Shown here piece by piece: positions 30,021 to 41,085 of a DNA stretch of 64,000 nucleotides. The stretch covers positions 5,331-69,330 of the forward strand of contig JBBRXJ010000003.1 in the NCBI GenBank assembly GCA_038248505.1, written 5' to 3'. The position numbers and the translations under genes are program-made. The stretch comes from Bacteroidales bacterium (GTDB lineage: Bacteria > Bacteroidota > Bacteroidia > Bacteroidales > JBBRXJ01). The notes under the pieces were generated by a model. The model did not search any database. It was not told where the DNA came from and saw only the letters and a list, made by a program, of their open reading frames with translations. The first letter of the stretch is position 1; each line of letters begins with the position of its first letter.

Positions 30021-30314
30021 TTAATCTAAACGAATATTAATTGATTTATTTATATCAATTAATACAGTCCACTTATTTATTCCAGAACCGCTGGTATAAA
30101 CCGTTCCGCTAACATCACCAGATATTTTATTGGATCCTTCTAATACAGATTTATAATCTGTAATTTCTCCTGCATTAACAATACCAAAATCTGCTGGTCC
30201 TACAACTACCTTTAAATCTATTGCAGATGCGTTTTCAATGCGTAAATCGTGCTGATTTAATTCACATGAAACAAAAGATAAAACGATAACAAGAATAAGA
30301 ACAAAACGTTTCAT
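30021..30314 (-). CDS. Small lipoprotein, unknown function
   Basis: 97 aa. Signal peptide plus lipobox (LSFVSC). 4-nt overlap with the upstream OsmC-family gene suggests co-translation. Confidence 0.5.
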   Translation of the reverse strand: MKRFVLILVIVLSFVSCELNQHDLRIENASAIDLKVVVGPADFGIVNAGEITDYKSVLEGSNKISGDVSGTVYTSGSGINKWTVLIDINKSINIRLD

Positions 30315-30730
30315 TTTAAAATAATTTCATAATTAAGCGGTATACTAGCTTTAAATTGAGCACTTACGCCACAATATTTAGATTGAGATAGTTCAATTGA
30401 TTTTGTAATATTATCTAAATGATTCTCTAATTGATTACCCGTTAAAATATATAAAACTTTCATTTCATTATATTTTTTAGGATGTTCATCACTTAGATCT
30501 CCTTCAACATTAATCTCTAAACTAGAAATAGGTACTCTCATTTTCTTTAGTAATGATATTACATCCATTCCTGTACATCCACCTAAAGCAGCTAATAATA
30601 ATTGTTTTGGACGAGGACCTTCATCATTTCCACCATTTTCTTTAGTAGCATCCATTAGAATTTTAAAGCCATTAACATTGGCTTCAAACTTCATATTATC
30701 AATCCAGAAGGTATTTACTTGATGTTTCAT
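30311..30730 (-). CDS. OsmC/Ohr family peroxiredoxin-like protein
   Basis: 139 aa. LLLAALGGCTGMDV and SKYCGV blocks containing the two conserved Cys of the OsmC family. Confidence 0.8.
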   Translation of the reverse strand: MKHQVNTFWIDNMKFEANVNGFKILMDATKENGGNDEGPRPKQLLLAALGGCTGMDVISLLKKMRVPISSLEINVEGDLSDEHPKKYNEMKVLYILTGNQLENHLDNITKSIELSQSKYCGVSAQFKASIPLNYEIILK

Positions 30731-30767
30731 AAATTTAAAATAAAAGTCAATATAAAAATCTAACAGA

Positions 30768-31796
30768 TTAAAATAATTCAGGATTAATTAAACGAGTTAT
30801 ACCAAAATGATTATATGCCATTTCAGTCACTTCACGACCTCTAGGCGTTCTTTTAATAAAACCTTCTTTAATTAAAAAAGGCTCATACACTTCTTCTATC
30901 GTTCCACAATCTTCTCCAACAGCAGTAGCAATAGTAGTAAGACCAACAGGACCACCTTTAAATTTTTTAATTAAGGTTTCAAGAATTTTATTATCCATTT
31001 CATCTAAACCTTTTTTATCTATATTCATAGCTTCTAAAGCATAATTAGCAATAGTAATATCAATAATTCCATTTCCTTTTATTTGAGCAAAATCTCTAAC
31101 TCTTCTAAGTAAAGCATTTGAAATACGAGGAGTACCTCTACTTCTAAGAGCAATTTCTAAAGCAGCATCATCTTTAACTTTAACATCTAAAATTTTACAA
31201 GACCGCTTAACAATATTTTTTACTACTTCCAGATCATAATATTCTAAATGTGCTTTAATACCAAATCTAGAACGTAAAGGACCTGTTAATAAACCTGAAC
31301 GTGTTGTTGCACCGATAAGAGTAAAAGGATTTAATTCAATTTGAATATTTCGGGCAGCAGGACCTTTATCAATAATAATATCAATTCTTCTATCTTCCAT
31401 TGCAGAATAAAGATATTCCTCAACTACTGGATTTATACGATGAATTTCATCAATAAAAAGAACATCATTTTTATCTAAATTTGTAAGAATACCAGCTAAA
31501 TCTCCAGCTTTTTCAATAACAGGTCCAGAAGTAATACGAAGGTTAACACCCATTTCTTTAGCAATAATAAAAGCTAAAGTTGTTTTACCTAAACCAGGAG
31601 GTCCATGTAATAAAACATGATCAAGTGCTTCTTCACGTTGTATTGCAGCTTGTACAAAAACTTTTAAATTATCAATAATTTTATCTTGCCCTGCAAAATC
31701 GGAAAATGCAGAAGGACGAATCTTTTGTTCAATTTCATTTTCATTCAGCTCCAGGTTACGAATGTCAAAGCTATTATCTTTTTTTGAATTCTCCAT
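30768..31796 (-). CDS. ruvB: Holliday junction branch migration DNA helicase RuvB
   Basis: 342 aa. Walker [10 protein letters not shown], Walker B LFIDEIH, sensor [18 protein letters not shown], and a C-terminal winged helix. Confidence 0.97.
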   Translation of the reverse strand: MENSKKDNSFDIRNLELNENEIEQKIRPSAFSDFAGQDKIIDNLKVFVQAAIQREEALDHVLLHGPPGLGKTTLAFIIAKEMGVNLRITSGPVIEKAGDLAGILTNLDKNDVLFIDEIHRINPVVEEYLYSAMEDRRIDIIIDKGPAARNIQIELNPFTLIGATTRSGLLTGPLRSRFGIKAHLEYYDLEVVKNIVKRSCKILDVKVKDDAALEIALRSRGTPRISNALLRRVRDFAQIKGNGIIDITIANYALEAMNIDKKGLDEMDNKILETLIKKFKGGPVGLTTIATAVGEDCGTIEEVYEPFLIKEGFIKRTPRGREVTEMAYNHFGITRLINPELF

Positions 31797-32392
31797 TTTG
31801 TAATTTTCACTTTATTAGCTATTGTATTAATAATATAATAAATATAAATATATATATGTAATACTATATAGGCTGTTAATAGTGTTTAAAAAAAAAGTCA
31901 TATATGTATAGCAAATCAAATAAACATGTTGTTAAGAGTAAAATTAACAATTTATTAGCATATTATTTATCTAATAATTAAATATTTATAAAGATATAAA
32001 CAATGTGTGTATTAAGTATATTGTTTACAATTTTAAGTCAAAAAAGTTCTAAAAAATGTGAATAGCGATGTGAATGAATGGTCGTTTATATCTGATAAGT
32101 GGAGTTGCAGGATACATATATTTAACAGTGAAAAAGGTATTAACAGTAATTAACATTTAGTAGAAGTAATTAACAATATATGTTAACAAAGCTAAAGGCT
32201 TGAAGATGAATGTTTTTTTTATCCGTCTCTTCCTCACTTATTCTTATTCTCTGAGGAGCTATTATAGGGTTTTAAAGAACAATCTATCTTAACTTGGTCT
32301 GATTTGGACAGGATCCCAGTTTGGCCAAAGGGAAAAGAGTAGGACTTAATAATTTTTTTCACTACCGATCTTGAAATTATAGTCTTACTTAT

Positions 32393-32803
32393 TTAATACT
32401 TTTTACAGAAGTTTGGGAGTATTTTAAGAATAGGATTGTAGAGGAATAAAGCAAAAAACATACCCATAAGGTTAAAAATAAAATCAAAAATATCGCCATA
32501 CCTATTTGTTAGAAGAAATTTCTGAATTAATTCTATCATGCCTCCATAAAGGCTTGAAATAAGAATAGCATAGAAATAAGGAAGAAAAATATTTTTCTTA
32601 TTTTCTAAAAAACGAAGAAAACCATCTATTAATAAAAACGTTAAAAAGAAATAAAAAATGGTGTGAACAATTTTATCAACAGGAAAATTTTGAAGAAAAT
32701 GCCAATGACTCACACTATTTGGTACGTGCATTATGCTAAGATTAAGCACAATTAAAGCCCAAAGAAAAGAACGCCAAAAATATTTAATTATAGACCAGAA
32801 CAT
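32393..32803 (-). CDS. VanZ family membrane protein
   Basis: 136 aa, 4 TM. DKIVHTIFYFFLTFLL and GGMIELIQ blocks typical of VanZ-like proteins. Confidence 0.65.
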   Translation of the reverse strand: MFWSIIKYFWRSFLWALIVLNLSIMHVPNSVSHWHFLQNFPVDKIVHTIFYFFLTFLLIDGFLRFLENKKNIFLPYFYAILISSLYGGMIELIQKFLLTNRYGDIFDFIFNLMGMFFALFLYNPILKILPNFCKKY

Positions 32804-32861
32804 TTACAGCTTATTAGAATTTTTATTGAATAAAGTTCAATGTTATAGAAAAAAATCGAAA

Positions 32862-35312
32862 TCAATAAGGATCTACATCCGCATTTATTAATAAGTTTTT
32901 AAGATCGTTTCGAGAAAGAATTAGGTTCATTACGTTAGTAATTGTTGTTCGTCCTTTATTAACGGGAGTATCACGTTTTATTTTGAGGAGAATATTGAAA
33001 AGAAAATAATTACTAACACGTCCAATATAAGGTTGTTGAGGACCAAGGACTAAATCACCAAAATATTTTTTTAATTCTTCAGCAAATAATGAAGCACCAC
33101 GCTCCACCGTTTGATAGTTTTTATGTTTTAATGTGAAACGAATAAGACGAAAATAGGGAGGATAATTAAAGTTTCGTCGTTCATAAAGTTGAGTATCAAG
33201 CATTTTTTGATAATCGTTATTAACAACACAAGCAATGATATTATTTTCGGGATCACTGGTTTGAATAATCACTGTTCCTTGTCGTTTTGATCGTCCTGCC
33301 CTGCCACTAACTTGAGTAATTAGTTGAAAACTACGTTCGTGCGCTCTAAAATCAGGGAAGTTGAGCATATTATCGGCATTTAAAATACCTACTAAACTTA
33401 CATTTCCAAAATCGAGCCCCTTGGTAACCATTTGTGTGCCAATTAGAACATCGACTTTATGTTCTTCAAAATCGCAAATAATTTTTTCGTATGCCTTGCG
33501 CGTTTTTGTAGTATCAAGATCCATGCGAGAAGTGCGAATTCCGGGAATTAAAATAGAAAGATCTTCCTCAATTTTTTCAGTACCAAAGCCACGAGTAGTA
33601 ATTGAAGGATTAGCGCAAGCTCCGCATGTGTGTGGCATTATAACCTGATGACCACAATAATGACATATTAAATTATTAGAAAAACGATGATAGGTTAAAG
33701 AAACATCACAATTGATACATCTTGGAATCCAGCCACAGGAAGTACATTCAACAAAAGGAGAAAAGCCACGACGATTTTGAAAGAGAATAATTTGTTCATT
33801 AGCAGCAATTGTTTCTTTTATTTTTTCAAGAAGAACATTTGAAAAATGCGTGTGCATTTGTTTGCGTTTTCGGGCTAGTAGTGTATCAATGATAATAATT
33901 TCAGGAAGCTCTATATTTTTGTATCGCTTATTTAGTTCAACCAATGCATATTTTTTATTCATTACATTATGATAGGTCTCAACAGCAGGAGTTGCAGTAC
34001 CAAGCAATACTTTTGCTCCAATGGTTGAAGCTAAATAAATTGCTGCATCGCGAGCGTGGTAACGAGGAGCAGGATCATATTGTTTATAAGTATTTTCATG
34101 TTCTTCATCAACAATAATTAAACCAAGGTCGCGAAAAGGTAAAAAAACAGATGAACGAACACCAAGTATAACACGATAACCATTGGGTTTGTTAATATTT
34201 TTCCACACTTCCACACGTTCCGCATCACTAAATTTAGAATGAAACACACCCACTTTATTTCCGAAAACATTTTTTAGACGATTGATAATTTGAGTAGTTA
34301 AAGCAATTTCAGGCAATAGATATAAAACTTGTTTGTCTTTTGCAATATAATCGCGAATAAGATGAATATAAATTTCTGTTTTTCCGCTAGATGTAATACC
34401 GTGCAAAAGAGTAACTGGAGTATGAGAGAAGGCATTTAGAATTTTGTCATAGGCTTTTTGTTGAAATTCATTTAAGACAGACTCACCAACTACATCAGCA
34501 GCATGGTTTTCGAGCCTAGATATTTCAATTGTTTTTACTAATAGAATATTTTTTTTTACTAAAGCGTTTAATGCAGCATTATCGCTATCTTCGACTATTA
34601 GGTCTTTTCGACGAACAAGTTCTTTCCCTTTTTCTGATAAAAATCTAGAAAAATCTAGATATCGCATAAAAACTTGAAGTTGTTTTTTTGAGCGTTCCAA
34701 TTTTAAAAAACACTCATTAAATGCTATTTTATTTCGTAGGTCATTATTTATAAGACAAAAAATTTCTGTTTTGGTACGAAAAGATTCAGCATATTTTTCT
34801 TCGGTAAAAACTGCCCCTTTTTCAACAAGACTGCGAAGAATGTTTGGAATATCTTTCAGGCTAGATTCGCTAATAAGTTTATCAGCATTGGTGTTTTTAA
34901 GCTTTTCAATAAACGATAATAATTCTATTTCACGAGGGCTGAGAGAATCAACATTATCAAAAGCATCATTAAAAGAGATATTTGTTTCACTTTCAATACG
35001 AAGTCCAGCAGGTAATGCCGCTTTAAGCACATCACCAGGAGTAGACATATAATAATTGCAAATCCAATCCCAAAAAGCAAATTGAGCTTCGTTAACAATG
35101 GGAATTTCGTCAAGTATTACAAGTATGTCCTTTGTTTTATATTCAGTAGGAGCTGTATTATGAATGCTACGAATAATACCAGAATAAAACTTTTTCGAAC
35201 CAAATTGCACCATAACTCTTTTTCCGACTGCCGCACTAGCAATCAATTCGGGTGGAATTGAGTATGTGTAGAGTCTTTGTAGAGGAAGAGGCAAGATGAG
35301 GTTCGCAAACAT
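32862..35312 (-). CDS. priA: Primosomal replication restart helicase PriA
   Basis: 816 aa. Walker A GITSSGKTE, DEEH box (IIVDEEHE), and a Cys-rich zinc-binding insert (CTSCGW..CINC...CHYCGH...CGAC). Confidence 0.96.
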   Translation of the reverse strand: MFANLILPLPLQRLYTYSIPPELIASAAVGKRVMVQFGSKKFYSGIIRSIHNTAPTEYKTKDILVILDEIPIVNEAQFAFWDWICNYYMSTPGDVLKAALPAGLRIESETNISFNDAFDNVDSLSPREIELLSFIEKLKNTNADKLISESSLKDIPNILRSLVEKGAVFTEEKYAESFRTKTEIFCLINNDLRNKIAFNECFLKLERSKKQLQVFMRYLDFSRFLSEKGKELVRRKDLIVEDSDNAALNALVKKNILLVKTIEISRLENHAADVVGESVLNEFQQKAYDKILNAFSHTPVTLLHGITSSGKTEIYIHLIRDYIAKDKQVLYLLPEIALTTQIINRLKNVFGNKVGVFHSKFSDAERVEVWKNINKPNGYRVILGVRSSVFLPFRDLGLIIVDEEHENTYKQYDPAPRYHARDAAIYLASTIGAKVLLGTATPAVETYHNVMNKKYALVELNKRYKNIELPEIIIIDTLLARKRKQMHTHFSNVLLEKIKETIAANEQIILFQNRRGFSPFVECTSCGWIPRCINCDVSLTYHRFSNNLICHYCGHQVIMPHTCGACANPSITTRGFGTEKIEEDLSILIPGIRTSRMDLDTTKTRKAYEKIICDFEEHKVDVLIGTQMVTKGLDFGNVSLVGILNADNMLNFPDFRAHERSFQLITQVSGRAGRSKRQGTVIIQTSDPENNIIACVVNNDYQKMLDTQLYERRNFNYPPYFRLIRFTLKHKNYQTVERGASLFAEELKKYFGDLVLGPQQPYIGRVSNYFLFNILLKIKRDTPVNKGRTTITNVMNLILSRNDLKNLLINADVDPY

Positions 35313-35380
35313 TTTAGAGAACGGTGAGATGTGAGTAGGTTAAGTGAAAGAGAGAAAAACCGTACAAATTTCAAGGTTCA

Positions 35381-36352
35381 TTAAATAAGGATTTTGGTGA
35401 GCTCAAGCATTTCAGAGCTAATGTCTTTGTGCATTTTAACAGTTTTGCTTAAATCCATTTCAATAATTTGTTCGTGTTGAAAACCAATCATTATACCAGA
35501 ACGGCCAGCAAGAATTGCGTTTACCGATGCCATGCCCATTCTGCTAGCAGCAACACGATCATAACAAGAAGGACTACCGCCGCGTTGAATGTGACCGAGA
35601 ATTGTAACTCGTACGTCTAGATGAGGTAATGCGGCACGTACTTTATCTGCTACTTCCATTGCGCCACCTTCTTCATCACCTTCGGCAACAATAAAAATAG
35701 AAGAACTATGATCACGTTGTTCTTTCAGTTGATTAATACAAGCTTTAACCTGATTTGGAATTTCAGGAATAAGCACACCTTCAGCACCCGAAGCGATACC
35801 ACTATTAATAGCAAGGAACCCAGCATCCTTACCCATTACCTCAACAAAAAATACACGGTCATGAGCACTAGCGGTATCTTTAATTTTATCGACACATTCA
35901 ATAACCGTGTTTAAGGCAGTATCGTAACCAATAGTATAATCAGTACCAAAAATATCATTATCAATAGTGCCTGGAATACCTACAAAAGGAATTTTATATT
36001 CATTGTAAAAGTCACTAGCACCCCTAAATGAGCCATCGCCACCAATAACAATAACTCCATCAATATTATGATGCTTAAGTTGTTGAAACGCTTTTGCACG
36101 ACCTTCAGGAATACGAAATTCTTTGCTACGAGCGGTTTTAAGAATAGTGCCGCCTTTTTGAATTATACCACTTACATCAAAACGGCTGAGTTTACGAATA
36201 TTTCCGTTTATCATACCTTCATAACCCTGTATGATGCCATAAATTTCAACGTTATTGAATAATGCGGTGCGAACGATTGCTCTAACAGCAGCATTCATAC
36301 CAGGTGAGTCGCCACCAGAGGTTAGTACTCCAAGAGATTTAATTTGTGTCAT
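35381..36352 (-). CDS. pfkA: ATP-dependent 6-phosphofructokinase
   Basis: 323 aa. LTSGGDSPGMNAA, IGGDGSF, GIPGTIDNDI and LGHIQRGG blocks. Confidence 0.95.
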   Translation of the reverse strand: MTQIKSLGVLTSGGDSPGMNAAVRAIVRTALFNNVEIYGIIQGYEGMINGNIRKLSRFDVSGIIQKGGTILKTARSKEFRIPEGRAKAFQQLKHHNIDGVIVIGGDGSFRGASDFYNEYKIPFVGIPGTIDNDIFGTDYTIGYDTALNTVIECVDKIKDTASAHDRVFFVEVMGKDAGFLAINSGIASGAEGVLIPEIPNQVKACINQLKEQRDHSSSIFIVAEGDEEGGAMEVADKVRAALPHLDVRVTILGHIQRGGSPSCYDRVAASRMGMASVNAILAGRSGIMIGFQHEQIIEMDLSKTVKMHKDISSEMLELTKILI

Positions 36353-36522
36353 TTTTTTTAATTAGAATTGTAAATATAAGGAATAATTAGCAAGATAAAA
36401 AGAGAATGATAATTCTACTAAAGTAATGATTTATAGGTTTTTGAACAGTTTCTTTATAAGATGTGTATCATTACTCAATTCAGATTAAACACTATTTATG
36501 TATTCGTAGGCGAGAAGGAATC

Positions 36523-36828
36523 TTATAAATTGCCACAAGGGTCGCTGTTATTAGTTGTTTTTAATTTATCTAGTTTACTGTTATATTTATCAATTTTTTT
36601 CTGAAAGTTTTTTGCTTTTTTAGGCTTTCGGTATTCATTTATTTGTGCTGAAACGACAATGTTGGTAGTATTTTCAGTATTGTTTATTTTTTGTGTTTTA
36701 CACAGATTTTTTTCATTGGCAGCACTGCGGCCACATTTGGTACAAAAAAAATTTGGCGGGAAAGCTTTGTTTTTATAATCTTTCAGGTTGTCAGGTAATT
36801 CTTTTGCGACTTTACAAAGTGTTGCCAT
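36523..36828 (-). CDS. Hypothetical small Cys- and Lys-rich protein
   Basis: 101 aa. A CTKCG...C motif, then a Lys/Asn-rich tail. Starts 2 nt after the stop of the upstream YkgJ-family gene. I recognise no family. Confidence 0.4.
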   Translation of the reverse strand: MATLCKVAKELPDNLKDYKNKAFPPNFFCTKCGRSAANEKNLCKTQKINNTENTTNIVVSAQINEYRKPKKAKNFQKKIDKYNSKLDKLKTTNNSDPCGNL

Positions 36829-36830
36829 AT

Positions 36831-37322
36831 TTATTTACGATAATGTTTTTTAAGTTCTTCAAATATAATATAAACGGCAGGACAATAGTATGTATTTTTT
36901 AGGCATAAATTTAAAATTTTGTGAATCTGAGATTGATCAGTGTGCGGGTACTCACGACAAGCTTTTGGGCGTTTTTCATAGTACGTGCATTTATTGTCTG
37001 GCAATAAAAAGGGGCATGGATGAGTTTTAAAGACCATATCTCCGTCTTCATCAACAGCAATATAGCGAGCAGTAAAATCAGCTGTTTTCATACCAGTAGC
37101 AGAGCTTAAACGATCAACATCTGTTTTGTTGAGAATGGGAGAGATGGATTTACAGCAATTGGCACATTGTAAACAATCAATTTTTTCAAAAGCGCTATTA
37201 TGAAGATTATGTACAATGGTATCTAAATCGCGAGGAGCTTTGTTTTTTAGCTTGTTCAAAAGTTTTTTTGTTGATAAGTCTGCAATACATGCTAAATGAG
37301 ATAGTTGATCTGTTAAAATCAT
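36831..37322 (-). CDS. YkgJ-family cysteine-cluster protein (UPF0153, CxxCxxCC)
   Basis: 163 aa. CLQCANCC motif followed by HPCPFL...NKCTYYEKRPKACREYP, the second Cys cluster of the family. Confidence 0.75.
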   Translation of the reverse strand: MILTDQLSHLACIADLSTKKLLNKLKNKAPRDLDTIVHNLHNSAFEKIDCLQCANCCKSISPILNKTDVDRLSSATGMKTADFTARYIAVDEDGDMVFKTHPCPFLLPDNKCTYYEKRPKACREYPHTDQSQIHKILNLCLKNTYYCPAVYIIFEELKKHYRK

Positions 37323-37683
37323 CTTAATAAACGGTTAATAGTATAAATTTTAAGAACAAAAGTAGGTTTTCGTAGTCAAATAGTAATATATTGAGAAATG
37401 TACTTTTTACTTAAAGACTCTTATCTTCATAAACTCAACTAAATAGGCATTACACTTTTTTAAAAAAAAGAGAAAACTTGGCTATAAATCGACAAAAAGA
37501 TACGTTGAGAGACTAAAATACTTACTAAAATGTAAAGAAATGTAACCTTTGGGTAAAAAGTTCGTAAAAAGCCATGTCAATATAAATTATTTAATGTAGG
37601 TTTAAACTGATAATAATATCGGCTTAACACATACTAAAAAATAGAAGCAAAACGTATTAACAGGGTTAAAGAAAGCTAAAAAA

Positions 37684-38544
37684 ATGAGACAGTTAAAAAT
37701 TACCAAGTCAATCACTAATCGAGAAAGTCCTTCATTGGAGAAATATCTTCAAGAGATTGGAAAGGTTGAGTTGATTACGCCAGAAGAGGAAGTAGAGCTT
37801 GCGCGGAGGATTAAGCAAGGCGATAAAGTAGCATTGGAAAAATTAACTAAAGCTAATTTACGTTTTGTGGTTTCGGTTGCTAAGCAGTATCAACATCAGG
37901 GTTTAAGTTTACCCGATTTGATAAATGAAGGCAATTTGGGATTGATAAAAGCTGCCGAAAAATTTGATGAGACAAAAGGCTTTAAATTTATATCTTATGC
38001 GGTATGGTGGATTCGTCAATCCATTCTACAGGCTATTGCTGAGCAATCACGTATAGTTCGTATTCCTTTAAATAAGGTTGGTGATTTGAATCGTATAAAC
38101 AAAGCCTTTGCAAAACTAGAGCAAGAGCATGAACGAGTTCCATCTGCTGATGAGTTAGCAAACGATATTAAATTACCAAAGGAAAAAGTAATTCGTGCTA
38201 TACAGATATCAGGACGTCATATCTCGATGGATGCTCCATTTAAGGAAGATGAAGATAATAGTCTTTTAGATGTTATGGAGAATAAAGAATCTCCATTAGC
38301 AGATGATAGACTTCTAAAAGACTCTTTAAAGAAAGAGATAGATCGTACGCTCAACATACTTACTGAAAAAGAACGTAACGTAATTGAGTCCTTTTTCGGT
38401 ATTGGTCGTCCAGAGATGTCGTTAGAAGAGATAGGTAATCAGTTTGGGCTAAGCCGTGAGCGTACCCGCCAAATAAAAGAAAAAGCTATCAGACGCTTAA
38501 GACAAAGCACCAAGAATAAATTATTGAAACAATACTTAGGATAG
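37684..38544 (+). CDS. rpoD: Primary RNA polymerase sigma factor (sigma-70 family, Bacteroidota sigma-A type)
   Basis: 286 aa. Region 2 ([13 protein letters not shown]...[18 protein letters not shown]...[11 protein letters not shown]), region 3, and the region 4.2 HTH ([28 protein letters not shown]). Short N-terminus as in Bacteroidota. Confidence 0.95.
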   Translation: MRQLKITKSITNRESPSLEKYLQEIGKVELITPEEEVELARRIKQGDKVALEKLTKANLRFVVSVAKQYQHQGLSLPDLINEGNLGLIKAAEKFDETKGFKFISYAVWWIRQSILQAIAEQSRIVRIPLNKVGDLNRINKAFAKLEQEHERVPSADELANDIKLPKEKVIRAIQISGRHISMDAPFKEDEDNSLLDVMENKESPLADDRLLKDSLKKEIDRTLNILTEKERNVIESFFGIGRPEMSLEEIGNQFGLSRERTRQIKEKAIRRLRQSTKNKLLKQYLG

Positions 38545-38569
38545 TTTTCTGAAGATATAAGAATTAAAA

Positions 38570-38607
38570 AAGCTGGCTTTTTCGATACGAATTAGTCGGC
38601 TTTTTTT
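38570..38607 (+). terminator. Rho-independent terminator after rpoD
   Basis: 8-bp stem AAGCTGGC / GTCGGCTT (two G-U pairs), a loop of about 17 nt, followed by a run of 7 T. Confidence 0.55.
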
Positions 38608-38669
38608 GTTTTATAGGGTACAGTACAATTTCTGTGTATTAGTACTATAAATCATTAAAATCAGTTATT

Positions 38670-39515
38670 ATGAAAAACATTAAAATTTTATTTTCATTAG
38701 TTATTATTGCTAGTTTATTTATGACCTCGTGTAAACGAGAAGATATTCGTGATGCCGCGGAAGAAGCTGCAGCCGATGAAGAATTAGCGTCGTCGCTTTT
38801 TGATGATGCATTTAGTCAATCTGATAATGCTTATTCAACAAAATTAGGTGGATTAAAATCAACAGAAACCGATACAAATAGTAGTATTTGTGCTGCTATT
38901 ACTATAAATAATGATAACAATACTATTTATCCGAAAATTATTACCTGCGATTTTGGTAGCGGATGTACAGACACCAAAGGTAATACACGTTCAGGTAAAA
39001 TTATAACAACAGTTACAGGTGCATATCGAACTGTGGGTGCTGTTCGTACTATAACACTCGATAACTATTATGTTAATGGGAATAAAATTGAAGGTAACAA
39101 AACGGTTACCAATATGGGTAAAAACAGTCTTAATCAAAGCTATTTTACTATTAAAGTAGAGAATGGAAAAGCAACTACGGATGAAGGTCGTGTAATCACC
39201 TGGAATAGTAATAGAGTTCGTACATGGGTTGAGGGCGAAAAAACCTCGGGCAGTTTGGCATCATTTTTAGATGATGCTTATGAAATTACTGGTAATTCAA
39301 GTGGTGTAACAGGGGATGGAGAAAATTATACGGTGACTATTACTTCTGCATTAGTCGTTTCAGTAAGTTGCAGACACATTAATAAAGGAAGCACCGCCAC
39401 TTTAGTTGGCGAAAATCCGGAAGTGGTTATTGATTATGGCGATGGAACATGCGATGCACAAGCTACTTTAAGTTATAAGAATAAGACTAAAACGATTTTA
39501 CTTAGGGGTAAATAG
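38670..39515 (+). CDS. Lipoprotein, unknown function
   Basis: 281 aa. Signal peptide plus lipobox (LFMTSC). The mature part is rich in Thr/Gly/Asn, consistent with a beta-rich fold. Followed by a strong terminator. Confidence 0.55.
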   Translation: MKNIKILFSLVIIASLFMTSCKREDIRDAAEEAAADEELASSLFDDAFSQSDNAYSTKLGGLKSTETDTNSSICAAITINNDNNTIYPKIITCDFGSGCTDTKGNTRSGKIITTVTGAYRTVGAVRTITLDNYYVNGNKIEGNKTVTNMGKNSLNQSYFTIKVENGKATTDEGRVITWNSNRVRTWVEGEKTSGSLASFLDDAYEITGNSSGVTGDGENYTVTITSALVVSVSCRHINKGSTATLVGENPEVVIDYGDGTCDAQATLSYKNKTKTILLRGK

Positions 39516-39533
39516 AGTCTTTATATTAAAAGG

Positions 39534-39561
39534 AAAACCACGATTATGTCGTGGTTTTTTT
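39534..39561 (+). terminator. Rho-independent terminator after the lipoprotein gene
   Basis: Stem AAAACCACG / CGTGGTTTT (9 bp), 7-nt loop, T-run. Confidence 0.8.
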
Positions 39562-40084
39562 GTTTCATACCGCATTGAAACGATAGTTATTAGTATATAT
39601 ATATTGCTATATGGGACTAAAATAAAATTTTATGTTTTGTATATTTGGTTTATACTACCGAAGAGCCTATTAATAATACAAAATGAATGTAACATTTATA
39701 ATTACTCAAAAATATCTATATTCGCGAGAATAATTAATACTAAATTTCTGTGATTTCTTTTTATTCTATAGTGTGATTCTAAAATTTCTTTTTATTTAGT
39801 CTAAGCATTCTATACTTGTGTTCATACGATATGGAACCTATTTATGATTTTGCTTATTCAACAAATATAAGAGCTCCAGCGGAGATACCGATTATTAATA
39901 AATACCAGAAAGAGAAAAAATATTTTTTAAAATGAAAAAGAAACACAAAATGGTTTTGACTAAATAAAAGAATACTTTCAGAAACATTTAAATATACTTT
40001 TAAGCCTATTTCAATATAAAATAGATTTCTTACTCGTTACTTATCACTCCGCAACGCCAGATCACTATACACTCATGAAAAACA

Positions 40085-40804
40085 ATGTCAGAAAAATTAA
40101 TTTATATTGAAGGTATTGGAGAAGTGCTTTTAAAAAAATCGCATGCAGCTAAACGTATCACTATTAAAATAGAGGCGCTTAAAGGTGTGCGAGTAGTAAT
40201 GCCTCATTATGTTGCTTTTAAATATGCTTCTGATTTTGCTGAAGAAAAAGCAAAATGGATAAAGGAAACACTTAAAAAAATGGATGAGGTAAAAACTAAA
40301 CTCACCATTTTTGATGATAAAACGATATTTAGAACCAAATATCGTGAATTAAAAATTATTGCTGAAATGCGTTCCAATCTTCGAGTACAAGTGACTTCAT
40401 CGCATGTTTCTATTTTTTATCCTTTTCATCTTGAATTAAAAAGCGAACAAGTACAAGATGCCATTCGTAAAGCAATGAAAGAAGTTATGCGACTAGAAGG
40501 CAAAGAATACCTTCCACGCCGTGTTAAAGAATTGGCCACCCAATTTAATTTTGATTTTAAAACAGTTAAAATATCTGATGCTACTGCCCAATGGGGTAGC
40601 TGTTCCCCTGATAATCGTATTAGTTTAAACCTCCATTTAATGCGCTTGCCCGATTATTTGGCTGATTATATTATACTTCATGAACTCGCACATACTCAAA
40701 TAAAAGACCATAGTAAAAGATTTTGGACCAAGCTCGATACTATTCTTGGAAATTCAAAACTCGTTGATAAACAATTAAGAAACTATCAAATTGAAGTTTT
40801 TTAG
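40085..40804 (+). CDS. YgjP-like M48/SprT-type zinc metallopeptidase (DUF45)
   Basis: 239 aa. AQWGSCS...ISLNLHL and the HELAH zinc motif near the C-terminus. Confidence 0.75.
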   Translation: MSEKLIYIEGIGEVLLKKSHAAKRITIKIEALKGVRVVMPHYVAFKYASDFAEEKAKWIKETLKKMDEVKTKLTIFDDKTIFRTKYRELKIIAEMRSNLRVQVTSSHVSIFYPFHLELKSEQVQDAIRKAMKEVMRLEGKEYLPRRVKELATQFNFDFKTVKISDATAQWGSCSPDNRISLNLHLMRLPDYLADYIILHELAHTQIKDHSKRFWTKLDTILGNSKLVDKQLRNYQIEVF

Positions 40805-41085
40805 AGGAGCGATGTTTTCTTTATTTACAAGGCCAAAAAGCAAAGGCTTAATCGGTATTTAACTTGTTTTTATATCTCTTTAATGGTATCTCTTTGACTA
40901 TTCATTGCAGGCTTTGGCGAGTAGTAAGAGGCATACATGTTTCTGATATAAGATTTGTTACTATCATAAAAAATAAAAGCATTTATGTATATTGCGTTTA
41001 ATAATAAATTTTGATTTCAATCAGTAAATACCTTATTCACAGCTCATTTTCTGTTAAATACTTCTGTTAACTATCAACTAATTCT

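Noticed and set aside
31797-32392. AT-rich spacer considered as oriC.
   Set aside because: I found no canonical TTATCCACA DnaA boxes, only weak TGTGAAT-type partial matches, and there is no dnaA or dnaN nearby.
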